A stretch of 64,000 nt of DNA, taken from the NCBI GenBank assembly GCA_965215265.1, contig OZ244048.1:928001-992000 (forward strand), given 5' to 3'. Below the pieces are notes generated by a model. The model worked only from the letters and a program-made list of their open reading frames with translations, did no database searches and had not been told where the DNA came from. Of the stretch, positions 9,575 to 20,002 are shown in pieces. The translations under genes were made by a program, and so were the position numbers. How positions within the stretch are numbered: the first letter of the stretch is position 1; each line of letters opens with the position of its first letter. The DNA is from Candidatus Poribacteria bacterium. GTDB taxonomy: Bacteria > Poribacteria > WGA-4E > WGA-3G.

Positions 9575-11440
9575 CTAAAGGAAGTACCTTTCTTTCTGTT
9601 TGGCAGTTTCGTATTCTGCGTATGCTTTTTTCGCTGAGTCAACCCTAGAAACTTGCGCGATCGGTACATCCCACCAAGATTCGTAACTTGGTACCCGTTG
9701 ATAGTAATCAACGTTAATTTTGACGACGGTAGTCTGCGGTGCTTCACGTGCTTCGTGTAGTGCTGCTTTTAATTCCTGCAAGGTTGTTACTTCAAGGACG
9801 TTAGCACCGAGACTGGCAGCGTTGGCGGCGAGGTTGACCGGCAAGAAATCCCCGGTTAACTGTCCGGTTTCCTCGTCTCGGTATCGAAATCGGGTTGCAA
9901 AGCCTTGTGCGCCGGTTAATTGTGACAAGCCCCCGATGCTGCTATGCCCCTCGTTATTGACGAGTACAATAATCAGTTTATAGCCCTCCTGAATTGAGGT
10001 GATGATTTCCTGCGCCAACATGAGATAAGAGCCGTCCCCTACCATCACATAGACATCGCGATGCGGCGCTGCCATTTTGATGCCGAGCCCGCCGGCGATT
10101 TCATAGCCCATACAAGAGTAACCGTATTCCAAATGGAATTGCTTGGGGTTGCGGGCGCGCCACAACTTATGGAGGTCCCCCGGGAGACTGCCGGCTGCAC
10201 AGACCAGGACATCTTCAGGCCTCGATACCTCATTCACTACACCGATGACTTCACTCTGACTCGGTAAGGGTGCATGTCCAAGGTGGTAAAGCCGCTCGAC
10301 TTCTTCTACCCATTCGTCGCGATAGTTTTGAATGACCGCAGCGTAGTCTGCCGGAACATGGTAGTTGGTGACTGCAGCAGTCAACTCTTCAAGCGTGATG
10401 CGAGCATCAGCAATAACCGGCAAAGCGGCATGCTTGTAGGCATCAAATTCAGCGACGTTGATGTTGATAAAACGGACATCTGGGTTTTGGAAAGCGGTTT
10501 TAGAGGCGGTGGTAAAATCGCTGAGTCGAGTGCCGATAGCAATTACCAGATCGGCTTCCCGGGCTGCGATATTCGCGCCGGGTGTGCCTGTGGCACCGAG
10601 CGCACCAAGGTTCTGTGGGTGTGAATAGTGTAGGGCACCTTTCCCGGCGAAGGTTTCACCGACGGGGATGCCGGTCTGCTCAGCGAATCGGGCGAGTTGT
10701 GCTGTAGCCTCGCTATAGATAACGCCGCCGCCTGCGATGATCAACGGGCGTTTACCCTCACGAATCCATGCTGCGGCGCGTTTGAGCAGGTTGATATCTG
10801 CACGTGGACGCGGAATGGTATAAATCCGTTTTTCAAAAAGTTCGACCGGATAGTCATAAGCTTCCGCTTGCACATCTTGAGGTAGGGCTAAGGTAACGGT
10901 GCCCGTCTCTGCCGGTGAGGTGAGCACTCGCATGGTTTCTGGAAGGGCGGTAATTATCTGCTCTGGTCGATTAATCCGGTCCCAATAGCGTGAAATCGGC
11001 TTGAAACAGTCGTTAACGGAAACGTCCTGTGAGGCAGCGGATTCGAGCTGCTGCAAAACGGGTGCTACCAAGCGGGTAGAGAAAATATCACCGGGTAGTA
11101 GTAGGACAGGCAAACGGTTGATAGTGGCCCCCGCGGCACCCGTGATCATGTTGGTAGCACCGGGGCCGATGGACGTTGTGCATGCGAAGGTCTGCAGTCG
11201 ATTTTTCATTTTTGCGAACGCTGCAGCGGTATGCACCATTGACTGCTCATTCCGCGTCTGGTAGAAAGGGAACGTCTTGGCATATTGATGCAGCGCTTGT
11301 CCGATACCAGCGACGTTTCCGTGGCCGAAGATACCAAACATGCCTGCAAAAAATTGGGTTTGGTTACCATCGCGCGAAACGTATTGTTGTTGAAGAAACT
11401 GAATGATGGCTTGTCCCATCGTGAGTTTCCGCGTTTTCAT
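9575..11440 (-). CDS. iolD: 3D-(3,5/4)-trihydroxycyclohexane-1,2-dione acylhydrolase
   Basis: GIFGHGNV, TSIGPGATN, HLEYGYSCMGYE, GDGSYLM and WWDVP motifs. Confidence 0.95.
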   Translation of the reverse strand: MKTRKLTMGQAIIQFLQQQYVSRDGNQTQFFAGMFGIFGHGNVAGIGQALHQYAKTFPFYQTRNEQSMVHTAAAFAKMKNRLQTFACTTSIGPGATNMITGAAGATINRLPVLLLPGDIFSTRLVAPVLQQLESAASQDVSVNDCFKPISRYWDRINRPEQIITALPETMRVLTSPAETGTVTLALPQDVQAEAYDYPVELFEKRIYTIPRPRADINLLKRAAAWIREGKRPLIIAGGGVIYSEATAQLARFAEQTGIPVGETFAGKGALHYSHPQNLGALGATGTPGANIAAREADLVIAIGTRLSDFTTASKTAFQNPDVRFININVAEFDAYKHAALPVIADARITLEELTAAVTNYHVPADYAAVIQNYRDEWVEEVERLYHLGHAPLPSQSEVIGVVNEVSRPEDVLVCAAGSLPGDLHKLWRARNPKQFHLEYGYSCMGYEIAGGLGIKMAAPHRDVYVMVGDGSYLMLAQEIITSIQEGYKLIIVLVNNEGHSSIGGLSQLTGAQGFATRFRYRDEETGQLTGDFLPVNLAANAASLGANVLEVTTLQELKAALHEAREAPQTTVVKINVDYYQRVPSYESWWDVPIAQVSRVDSAKKAYAEYETAKQKERYFL

Positions 11441-11481
11441 AATAAGCTCCTTTTTTTATTTTTTTGTTCGGATGAGGCGAT

Positions 11482-12492
11482 TTACCATCCGCCCTGTTCT
11501 GTGACAAATGCATTGACTTCCGGGAGTGTTGGCATAAAATTGGCACATCCGTGGCGGGTTACTACAATCGCGCCCGTTGCATTTCCAAACCGGGCGGACT
11601 CTGCCCATCCCCACCCTTTGAGCATTCCGTAGATAAAGCCGCTGGCGAAAGCATCCCCAGCGCCGAGGGTATTGTAAACCTCTACCGGAAAGGGTTTAGC
11701 ATGAATGATTTCTCCGTTCTTTAGGTAGACATCTGCGCCTTCAATGCCGCGCTTCACAACCAGTGCCTTTATCCCTGTTCTTAAGAGGGTGTTAATAGCA
11801 ACAGCCATATCGCCTTCGATGTCCGGATTTGAAATCTGGGAGTGCTCAATCGTGATTTGCGACAGATGGGTGAGGGTTGCGGCTTTGATTTCTTCTTCTG
11901 TTCCGATAGCGACATGAACTTGCGGTAAGATTGCCCGGATAACAGTGCCAAAAGCTCTGGGGTCGTGCCACTGATCCGCCCGAAAATCCAGGTCTAAGAA
12001 AACCTGGCTCCCGGCGGCTTTTGCTTGTTCTGCTGCATAGAAAGTAGCACTTCGACTCGGTTCTTTACTAAGTCCGGTCCCTGATATGAGAACCGAGCGG
12101 CTGTGGGCAATAGGCGCGGCGATGACATCATCAATTGTGAGCTCAATATCGGCACAGTTATCGCGATAATAGATGAGCGGGAACCGGTCTGGCGGTTCTA
12201 TTCCGAGAACAACAGCACTGGTTCGGTGCCCCGGTTTATGTGGGATGAATTCTGTTTCGACACCTTCCGCCTTCAAAAACTGGAGCAGGAATTCCGCGAC
12301 CGGATCTTCGCCAACAGCAGTTAGTAGTACGGTTTGGAGCCCAAGTCGTTGAATTCCGACACTGATGTTGGTCGGACAGCCCCCGACGAACGCGCCAAAG
12401 TTCTGGATATCCGGGAAACGTACCCCGATGTCGTTGGAATAGAGATCTAACGAACTCCGTCCTATTGCGAGCAGCTCGTAGGTTTGCATCAT
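11482..12492 (-). CDS. iolC: 5-dehydro-2-deoxygluconokinase (PfkB family)
   Basis: GGCPTNI, PPDRFPLIYYR, DLDFRADQW and LGAGDAF motifs; adjacent to iolD. Confidence 0.92.
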   Translation of the reverse strand: MMQTYELLAIGRSSLDLYSNDIGVRFPDIQNFGAFVGGCPTNISVGIQRLGLQTVLLTAVGEDPVAEFLLQFLKAEGVETEFIPHKPGHRTSAVVLGIEPPDRFPLIYYRDNCADIELTIDDVIAAPIAHSRSVLISGTGLSKEPSRSATFYAAEQAKAAGSQVFLDLDFRADQWHDPRAFGTVIRAILPQVHVAIGTEEEIKAATLTHLSQITIEHSQISNPDIEGDMAVAINTLLRTGIKALVVKRGIEGADVYLKNGEIIHAKPFPVEVYNTLGAGDAFASGFIYGMLKGWGWAESARFGNATGAIVVTRHGCANFMPTLPEVNAFVTEQGGW

Positions 12493-14495
12493 GTTAGCTT
12501 CTCATCTTGGACCTGGATTTCAGACAGGAGTTTCTCTGCCTCAATCATGGCTTTGGTAGGTGCCGGCAATTTTTCGCCAATTGTTAGAATCAGCATATAA
12601 AAGTCGTAAGCGGTTTGAAAATCGCTATGGAGATGGGCACTCTCTGCAGCATTGAAATAACAGATAGTAGCGGTAGAACGGGATTCCTCAACTTCAGTTG
12701 ACAGATTTGCGTAGGCGTAATTGTCTGCCGAAAGGACATAGGCTTTTCCGGCTTCGGTCCATGCCCGTTGCATTTCGAGTTGCCGGGCGAGACGTGCATA
12801 GTAGATACCGCCATTTCTTGCATTCCTTCTTGCCGGGCGTTTTTTATTCCCGGCAGCGTAAGCCAATCGTGCCCGCATATAACAGTTAGCTATCAGTTCC
12901 AATTCATTCTCTTTGATAAAATTGATTGCCTGTTTTTGATAGAAAGCACCGAGTTTTTTATAGTGTGATAGGCACAGCCGCTTGTTCTCTTGTTGTAGAT
13001 AAATCTGTGCTTGTTGGTGTATGCGAAGTGCTTCGCGCTCATGTGGATGTTGAATATCGTTGTGGACTTGGTCCAATAGAAATTCAGGTGAGGCTTCCTC
13101 AATTAATAAGCGGTAGCTGTTTGCTGCCTTGACGATCGGTTTGACGATAGGTGCCGGAGGCGGCGCGCCTAGAATGGGGCGGGTGCCGGGGTCAGATTGC
13201 GAATCCTGTTCATCGTAATCTGCATCACGAACTAAAAAAGCACGCAGGACTGCTTCTTCATTGCGTGGTAATTTCCGAATGAGCTCGACAATACTTTCTA
13301 CTGTTGGCGCTGATGTATTCAGTCCTTCCACCTGACTCAGCTGCTTGAAAACCGTGTCAACTTTTTCAATGAGTGTGGGTTCATCAATATAGAGACGCTG
13401 TGCCTCGTGAAGCTCAGTAATGACGCGTGGATATTCTGCCCGTTGCACGCTCAGGAGTGCGGCGCTATAATGCTGATCGATTTGCGTGAGTAGTTTGGCA
13501 CTGTGCTTCTCCCGTTCTTCCCGCTGGTATTCCATAAAGAGGTCTTGATTCAGGCGCTCGGCTGCGTCCTTCGATAACCGGAAGGTTTTTCTGTAACGTT
13601 CAAGAGCAGGTGCTAAGCCACTTTGTTTGAGATTGACAGTTTTACCCAGCAGCTTCTTTGCCTCAGTGAAGTACTCGTCTTGGCGAATTTGATCTAACTC
13701 TTCGTACATCTTATCAGCGGTTTCGTAACGCTTTTCTAGTTCTCGATGGAGTGCACGCTGAAAAAAAGACCTGAGTATCTCGGGGCATTTATCAAGATGT
13801 TCGATTTTACTTGCCGCCTTGTTTTTATCCAATTCATCCGGACTTTCACCAGAAAAAGGAAAATGCCCTGTGACTGTTTGGTAAAGAACTAACGCTGTTG
13901 CATAGAGGTCTGCTCGGTAGTCATAAGGGTGATAATGTTGCTCCGGTGCCATATAGCGTCGGGTACCGGTCAATGTTGATGCGAAGTCCGTCTTATCGCT
14001 GAACACCCGCGCGATACTAAAATCTGCAATTTTGGCATGTTTTTCAGCAGTCAGTAAAATGTTTTGGGGTTTCAGATCGCGGTGCATGATATTTTGTGAG
14101 TGCGTCGCCTTTAAACCGTTGCAGATATCTAATCCGATATTGATGGTTTCAATGGCATTCAACTTCCCTTTCTGTATCAACTCATGGAGGCTGGGACCCT
14201 CAACATATTCCATCACAATCAAGGCGAGATATTTATCAATTCCGGGTTCAACGGTATAAATTGTTACAATATTTGGATGCCCCGCAATCTTTGACATGGC
14301 TTTGATTTCGCTTAAGTAGTAGTGCATTCTATTTTTTTGCTCTCCATTTTCCATATAAATCTCTTTGTGGAGTGCTTTAATGGCAACGATTCGGTCTGTT
14401 GTCTCATCATGTGCACGGAAAACAGACGAAAAACTTCCTGAAGCAAGGTAGGCCAATATTTTATATTTTTCTAATATTTTTTCATCGAATCGCAT
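12489..14495 (-). CDS. Hanks-type Ser/Thr protein kinase with C-terminal helical (TPR-like) region
   Basis: ASGSFSSV, VAIK, HRDLKPQN, DFS (in place of DFG), GTRRYMAPE and DLY subdomains. Confidence 0.88.
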   Translation of the reverse strand: MRFDEKILEKYKILAYLASGSFSSVFRAHDETTDRIVAIKALHKEIYMENGEQKNRMHYYLSEIKAMSKIAGHPNIVTIYTVEPGIDKYLALIVMEYVEGPSLHELIQKGKLNAIETINIGLDICNGLKATHSQNIMHRDLKPQNILLTAEKHAKIADFSIARVFSDKTDFASTLTGTRRYMAPEQHYHPYDYRADLYATALVLYQTVTGHFPFSGESPDELDKNKAASKIEHLDKCPEILRSFFQRALHRELEKRYETADKMYEELDQIRQDEYFTEAKKLLGKTVNLKQSGLAPALERYRKTFRLSKDAAERLNQDLFMEYQREEREKHSAKLLTQIDQHYSAALLSVQRAEYPRVITELHEAQRLYIDEPTLIEKVDTVFKQLSQVEGLNTSAPTVESIVELIRKLPRNEEAVLRAFLVRDADYDEQDSQSDPGTRPILGAPPPAPIVKPIVKAANSYRLLIEEASPEFLLDQVHNDIQHPHEREALRIHQQAQIYLQQENKRLCLSHYKKLGAFYQKQAINFIKENELELIANCYMRARLAYAAGNKKRPARRNARNGGIYYARLARQLEMQRAWTEAGKAYVLSADNYAYANLSTEVEESRSTATICYFNAAESAHLHSDFQTAYDFYMLILTIGEKLPAPTKAMIEAEKLLSEIQVQDEKLT

Positions 14496-15122
14496 AGTTT
14501 CTTATTGTATAGTCCAGTTAATACGAAGTTTTGAACAATTTTTAGCGTGTTTGTGTGATAGCCGCGCTCAATGTTTCACGGTGGGAATGCCCTAATAGCA
14601 TTCCGCCGGGGCTTGCTCGGTTCAGGTCAGCGTACAGAAAAATGGAGGCATACTTGAAACGAACATAAACTGTCTAAACTTTAGTCCAGTTAATACGTTA
14701 GCCATCAAACGATAGTAGAGCGGCAGTCCCTTTTATATTAGATACAGTATTTAATCCTAATTAGGTTAAAGCACAAAGGTGTACATATCTATGCACTACA
14801 ATACTCTAAAGCATTTTTTTTAAATTATCAAAAGTTAGTTTAACTGTCAAGAAAAAAAATAGTCCGAGCAGCGATTAATTTAGGATGACATCAATACGTC
14901 TGATTTTGATTATAGTAATTTTACACTTATTTGAACATTGCGCCCTGCGCCGGTGGAACCCTCGCCTACCCATGCAGGACATGTTTCCGAACGTGCACGC
15001 CAAAATGTTTACTTATTTTCATCATCCACTTATATCTCCTATTCGTGCCGGTTTCGGTGATGCTCTCCGTTCTATTCTGCAAGTGGCGGCACTGTGCAGC
15101 AAACGGAGAAGGTTTCTTGATA

Positions 15123-15770
15123 TTAGATTGCACGAGCGGTTTGTACAGCGGCTACCAAACTTCGTGCTCTTTCGGTCAGGACTTCAAAGGCTCCGGCTTC
15201 AACGGATTTATTATCAACGAGTGCACTTCCCACCCCTAACGCGTTTGAACCGGCGGCGATGAATGCTGCTGCATTTTGGGCATTGATGCCGCCTGTTGGA
15301 ACGAGTGGTATATGCGGCAGCGGTGCCTTAACATCCTTAATGTAGGCGGGGCCGGCTCCTGCTGCTGGAAACACTTTGACATAATCTGCCCCGGTTTCCC
15401 ATGCAGTCAAAATTTCTGTTGGGGTAAAAGCACCCGGGATAACAGTTTTACCGTATCGGTTACATACGTCAATGACGGTAGGCTTTGTGACCGGACTGAC
15501 GATGAATTCTGCGCCGGCGAGCATCACCATGCGCGCAGTCTCCGCGTCTAACACGGATCCGGCTCCAACTAAGACAGCATCCCCGTATGCTGCTGCTACG
15601 TCACCGATGACCTGTAACGCGTTGGGGGTTGTCATCGTTACCTCAATAACATCTACGCCGCCTGCGTGAATCGCTCCTGCTGCTTTAATGAGTTCATTCG
15701 CGCTATTGGCGCGGATGATGGCGATGATTCCACATGCTTCAATCCGTTGCATCTGTTCTAATTTTGTCAT
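15123..15770 (-). CDS. eda: KDPG/KHG aldolase
   Basis: IEVTM, GAGSVLD, PGAFTPTEI, VKVFPA and PTGGI motifs. Confidence 0.9.
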   Translation of the reverse strand: MTKLEQMQRIEACGIIAIIRANSANELIKAAGAIHAGGVDVIEVTMTTPNALQVIGDVAAAYGDAVLVGAGSVLDAETARMVMLAGAEFIVSPVTKPTVIDVCNRYGKTVIPGAFTPTEILTAWETGADYVKVFPAAGAGPAYIKDVKAPLPHIPLVPTGGINAQNAAAFIAAGSNALGVGSALVDNKSVEAGAFEVLTERARSLVAAVQTARAI

Positions 15771-16057
15771 GAAATGCCTCAATTAATCGTCTATTTTAAA
15801 TACCGCTCCGTATTAACGGCGGGTTACTTAGCAGTTTTTTGGTATTCTTCCGAATTTGTAACAAAAAAGATGATTTTTTGTTGCAAATTATGTGTAAATC
15901 TGTTAGAATTATAATAAATAGCTTCTCTACTGAGTGGTATAAATGAGTAGCCAATGGTGTTTTTGTCCATAAAAGGACAAAAAAAATCGTCTTTGCTTTA
16001 CATCTCACTCTTGCACGTTTGTGCGGTGCTTCCTCATCCGTAAGACACTAAAAAAGA

Positions 16058-17398
16058 ATGGATGTTGTTCCACTACTTCCTTATTTAATCAGTTTAGCAG
16101 TTTTGCTTGTCTTCTCCGGCTTCTTTTCAGGTTCGGAGACGGCCCTCTGCGCGCTAACCCGGATTCAAATTGAACGGATCCGCCTGGAAAAGAAAGGTAA
16201 CTCTGCGATTGTCAACTTTGTCGATAACCCACGCCGGTTGTTTATAACGGTACTATTGGGTAACAACCTGGTTAACGTTGCGTTTGCCATTCTGATGTTA
16301 TGGCTTGTCGGGCGTTTGCTTCCGGCATCTTCGGAAGCGGTCCAATTGTCAACGGCCACGGTGGTTAGCGTGCTGCTCATGTTAGTTTTCGGGGAGCTAG
16401 CGCCAAAAACTTTAGCGATTAAAAACGCTGAGGCGTTTTCGGCTTGGACTGCCCGTCCACTGTGGGCATTCTCGGTTATCATCACCCCTATCCGTTCTAT
16501 TTTGCGCCTTGTGATTGATTTTCTCGCTCCCATCTTTGGGGGGCAATTCGCGCCCGCGGAACATCTCACTGCCACAGATTTCCAAGAGATTGTCTCTACC
16601 TATCATGAGGAGGCACTACCGTCTGATGAGCGCGAAATCGTGACGAACATCCTGCAATTACGTGAGATTGAGGCAAAAGAAATTATGGTGCCTCGCACAG
16701 AAGTTGTCGCTGTGCCGATATCAGCGTCAATTCAAGCAACGTTAGCCTGCGCACGTGAGTCAGGCTTTTCGCGGATTCCGGTTTACCGGGAACAGATTGA
16801 TAAAATCTGCGGTATCTTCTACGTGAAAGATTTACCGTTATTGCAGCACTTACCTCTCACTTCCCTAACAATTGAGGAATTCCTCGCGATGCAGCATGAA
16901 CAGGCACCTTCTGAACGTGTCAGTGAAGCCGGTACGCTCATTCGTGAACCGACGTTGGTACTTGAGAACCGTAAAATCGGAGTACTGCTGCCACAGTTGA
17001 CTCGGCAAAAAACGAAAATGGCGATTCTGCTTGATGAATACGGTGGTGTTTCCGGTATTGTCACGACAGAGGATATAGTTGAGCAAGTGGTAGGGGACAT
17101 CGTTGATGAACACGATAGGACGCACCATCCCCCTGCCGATGCCTGGTATATCCAACATTCTGATTTGCCATTGTCGTTTGAAACCTCAGGGCGCGTGAGC
17201 GTCCGTGAAATTAACCAGCAATTCGGCTTAACTCTAAGCGAAGAATGGGCTGATACTATCGGCGGCTATGCCTTCGGCCTCTTCGGCCGTATCCCTTCCG
17301 TCGGGGAACGCCTCGTTGATGATAACGGACTTGAATTTGAAATCGCTGCGACTAAAGGCCATCTGATTACGCGGCTATTTATTCGTTTTTTACGCTAA
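16058..17398 (+). CDS. HlyC/CorC (CNNM-CBS) family transporter
   Basis: FFSGSETA, GELAPK, GFSRIPVY and DEYGG motifs; CorC C-terminal domain. Confidence 0.9.
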   Translation: MDVVPLLPYLISLAVLLVFSGFFSGSETALCALTRIQIERIRLEKKGNSAIVNFVDNPRRLFITVLLGNNLVNVAFAILMLWLVGRLLPASSEAVQLSTATVVSVLLMLVFGELAPKTLAIKNAEAFSAWTARPLWAFSVIITPIRSILRLVIDFLAPIFGGQFAPAEHLTATDFQEIVSTYHEEALPSDEREIVTNILQLREIEAKEIMVPRTEVVAVPISASIQATLACARESGFSRIPVYREQIDKICGIFYVKDLPLLQHLPLTSLTIEEFLAMQHEQAPSERVSEAGTLIREPTLVLENRKIGVLLPQLTRQKTKMAILLDEYGGVSGIVTTEDIVEQVVGDIVDEHDRTHHPPADAWYIQHSDLPLSFETSGRVSVREINQQFGLTLSEEWADTIGGYAFGLFGRIPSVGERLVDDNGLEFEIAATKGHLITRLFIRFLR

Positions 17399-17409
17399 AC
17401 AGAAACAAA

Positions 17410-18735
17410 TTGAAATTGCTTCTTTTCTCCTTCTTTTTTATCGGTGCAGGCGGCTCCGCACATCTTGCAGTGCTCAGCTCGTTTATCGCTGCAATAGTTG
17501 TTTTCCTCATCTTGTCCGCATTCTACTCTGGCTCCGAAACGGCACTTGTCTCTGTCAATAAGATTCGGATCAACCGGTTGGTTAGCACAGGTGAACCCAA
17601 GGCGAAAATTGTACACCGTCTAATTGAATCGCCTGATAGAATGTTAGCCATCACCTTAGTAGGAACCAATATCGCGAACGTCCTGCTGGCACAATTCGGT
17701 GAACGTCTGACTGCACGAATATTCACTCACCTAAGCGTGAGTCTGCAGGGGCTCATCGCTACCGTTGGCATCACCTTCCTGCTCCTTATCTTTGGTGAGA
17801 TTTTACCAAAAACGGTCTTTCGTGTCAAGGCTGATAGTTTAGCGCTACGTTATGCTTATCTGCTTCGGGCTTCAGAGTTAATTTTAGCCCCGATCCTTTA
17901 CCTAGTGCAAAAGGGGGCGCAATCCCTCGTAAAACTCGTAGACAGAAAAGCGAACGTGCCCAGTCCCGATGCCCAACGCGAAGAATTACGGCTGCTAGCA
18001 ACCATGGGCGAACGTTCCGGGAATCTGCTCGCAGGGCAGCGCCGGATGATTCATAGCTTGCTTGACCTACAAAACCGGACCGTTGCGCAAGTGATGGTAC
18101 CCCTTGTGGATATCGTAGCCATAGAGAAAAATACCAAATGTACCGATTTTTTGCAAATCGCCTCTGATTCAGGCTTCTCACGCCTTCCGGTTTATCAAGA
18201 ACAGACGCATAACTTTGTTGGAATTGTAAACCTGTTGGATGTTATCTATGCAGATAGCCCCCCGGAAACAATCGCACCGTTTATCCGGACAGACTTGCAC
18301 TATGTACCAGAATCTAAAAACATTAACGCACTGCTCAAAGAAATTCAGAATAGCCAGCATACGATGGTATTTGCTGTTGATGAATATGGGGGTATCGTCG
18401 GTCTGGCTACAGTTGAAGACTTAGTAGAAGAAATCATGGGGGAATTTGCAGATGAACGCGATGAGCCTGACGATATCCAGCTAATTACCCCGCGCATCCT
18501 TGAATGCGACGGGAGAACAGAGGTAGATATATTGTCAGAACACTACGGACTCGCTATTCCGGAAGGTGACTATGAAACGATTGCCGGCTATATTCTTGAA
18601 CGGATGGGCACGATTCCAAAAACAGGAATGGAACTTGACTTGGGTGAGTCGATTATTACAATTAAGGATGCAGACGCACGTGCAATCCGGAAAATTCAGA
18701 TCCGGCGCCGGTTGGGACGTTTCATACCCAATTAG
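17410..18735 (+). CDS. Second HlyC/CorC (CNNM-CBS) family transporter
   Basis: FYSGSETA, GEILPK, GFSRLPVY, DEYGG and YETIAG motifs; start codon uncertain. Confidence 0.9.
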   Translation: MKLLLFSFFFIGAGGSAHLAVLSSFIAAIVVFLILSAFYSGSETALVSVNKIRINRLVSTGEPKAKIVHRLIESPDRMLAITLVGTNIANVLLAQFGERLTARIFTHLSVSLQGLIATVGITFLLLIFGEILPKTVFRVKADSLALRYAYLLRASELILAPILYLVQKGAQSLVKLVDRKANVPSPDAQREELRLLATMGERSGNLLAGQRRMIHSLLDLQNRTVAQVMVPLVDIVAIEKNTKCTDFLQIASDSGFSRLPVYQEQTHNFVGIVNLLDVIYADSPPETIAPFIRTDLHYVPESKNINALLKEIQNSQHTMVFAVDEYGGIVGLATVEDLVEEIMGEFADERDEPDDIQLITPRILECDGRTEVDILSEHYGLAIPEGDYETIAGYILERMGTIPKTGMELDLGESIITIKDADARAIRKIQIRRRLGRFIPN

Positions 18736-19040
18736 CATAATACAACATTATAGTAAACGAAAAAAAATATAGCGTGTTTACCGAAACTATAGACACGCTG
18801 CAGCGTGCAAGTAACCACGCAGCCAGCCAACGCATCCGCGAACGTAGAAAAAACCAACTCCCGCAATCACTTTCTCTAAGTCCAAGTCAGAGAAAATACC
18901 AACTGCCATAACCCCTTTTGTCAGGGCGGAGTGGCAGAGGCTAACCCGCTTAAACGTCACTTGCGGATAAGCAGCTTCCGTGTGTAGACTACGTTGCAAG
19001 GATGAGTTAGATTTGATACCGGTCAGTTTATCTCTAAGTT

Positions 19041-19793
19041 CTATAAAATCCCAAGCGGTGGTGTCACTACAATTTCCTCAGTCACCATGCCGAACGGTTG
19101 ACAGCAGATAGATACTACCGTTTGAGCGACATGCTCCGGTTTCAGCATCTGTTCGAAGTCCGGGTGCACCGGAATATCATCCCAAAAGGACGTATGTACT
19201 GAGCCAGGGAGGATGGCAGTTACCTTGATGTTATTTTGTCTAACTTCAGCGGATAAGACTTTTGTGAACGCCAACGCTCCTGCTTTAGCGGCGCAGTATG
19301 CACTTGACATTTCAAAGGGGACCTTGGCGGCAATTGAAAGAATATTGATAATCTGACCCTGCCCTTCAGCTAACATCGGTGGAAGCACGTACTTTGAACA
19401 GAGATAGACACCCTTTAAATTGACATTGAGCACACTGTCCCAATCCTCTGGGGCGAAATCCATAACAGGGCCGAATCGTCCGCCTCCAGCACTGTTAACT
19501 AAAATATCCACTTGTTGATAAGTCTCTAGTGTGCGTTGGATGAGTCGTTCTACAGATTCTTTTTGTGTGATGTCAGTAGGGACAGAGATGGCTTCCGTGC
19601 CGTTCTGCCGGAGCAACGTTATAACTTGTTCTAAATCGTCGGAGGTGCGTGCGGCGAGTACAAGTCTCGCTCCGGCTCCTGCCAAAGCGAGCGCTGTTGC
19701 CTTACCAATTCCTTTTGAGGCCCCGGTAATGATTGCAACCTTTTTGTCAAGCTGCGCTGGAGTGCTCTGCTGAACATGTGGCGTTGTTCTCAT
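19041..19793 (-). CDS. SDR family oxidoreductase (candidate sepiapterin reductase)
   Basis: TGASKGIG and YCAAK motifs; downstream of folE and PTPS. Confidence 0.85.
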   Translation of the reverse strand: MRTTPHVQQSTPAQLDKKVAIITGASKGIGKATALALAGAGARLVLAARTSDDLEQVITLLRQNGTEAISVPTDITQKESVERLIQRTLETYQQVDILVNSAGGGRFGPVMDFAPEDWDSVLNVNLKGVYLCSKYVLPPMLAEGQGQIINILSIAAKVPFEMSSAYCAAKAGALAFTKVLSAEVRQNNIKVTAILPGSVHTSFWDDIPVHPDFEQMLKPEHVAQTVVSICCQPFGMVTEEIVVTPPLGIL

Positions 19794-19844
19794 TGTCTCC
19801 CTCCCTACAGAAATGGCTAAAACGCGAGGAAGTCACGAACGAAA

Positions 19845-19960
19845 TAGATACCGTCACCGGCCCTGGACACGTCTCTACCCCCCAAACGTGCTGTATCGCT
19901 TCTGACGAGTTGAGAAACCTCGTCTACCGAGGTAGGGTGCCTTTCCGGGCCTGCACGTTG
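19845..19960. repeat. Cluster of GTAG-type REP-like hairpins
   Basis: GTAGACGAGGTTTCTCAACTCGTC (-) and GTAGGGTGCCTTTCCGGGC (+) lie back-to-back around CTACCGAGGTAG, enclosed by AACGTGC/GCACGTT; GTAGAGACG (-) nearby. Confidence 0.5.
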
Positions 19961-20002
19961 AAATGTCACCTGATTTTCATAATCCCCGGTATAGAGAACA
20001 CG

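Noticed and set aside
18787-18999. Small ORF downstream of the SDR
   Set aside because: No recognisable motif and a weak start context; it cannot be supported.
19895-19925. Hammerhead-like CTGACGAG...GAAAC
   Set aside because: There is no room for stem II and no compatible stems I and III. The segment is better explained as a REP-like hairpin.
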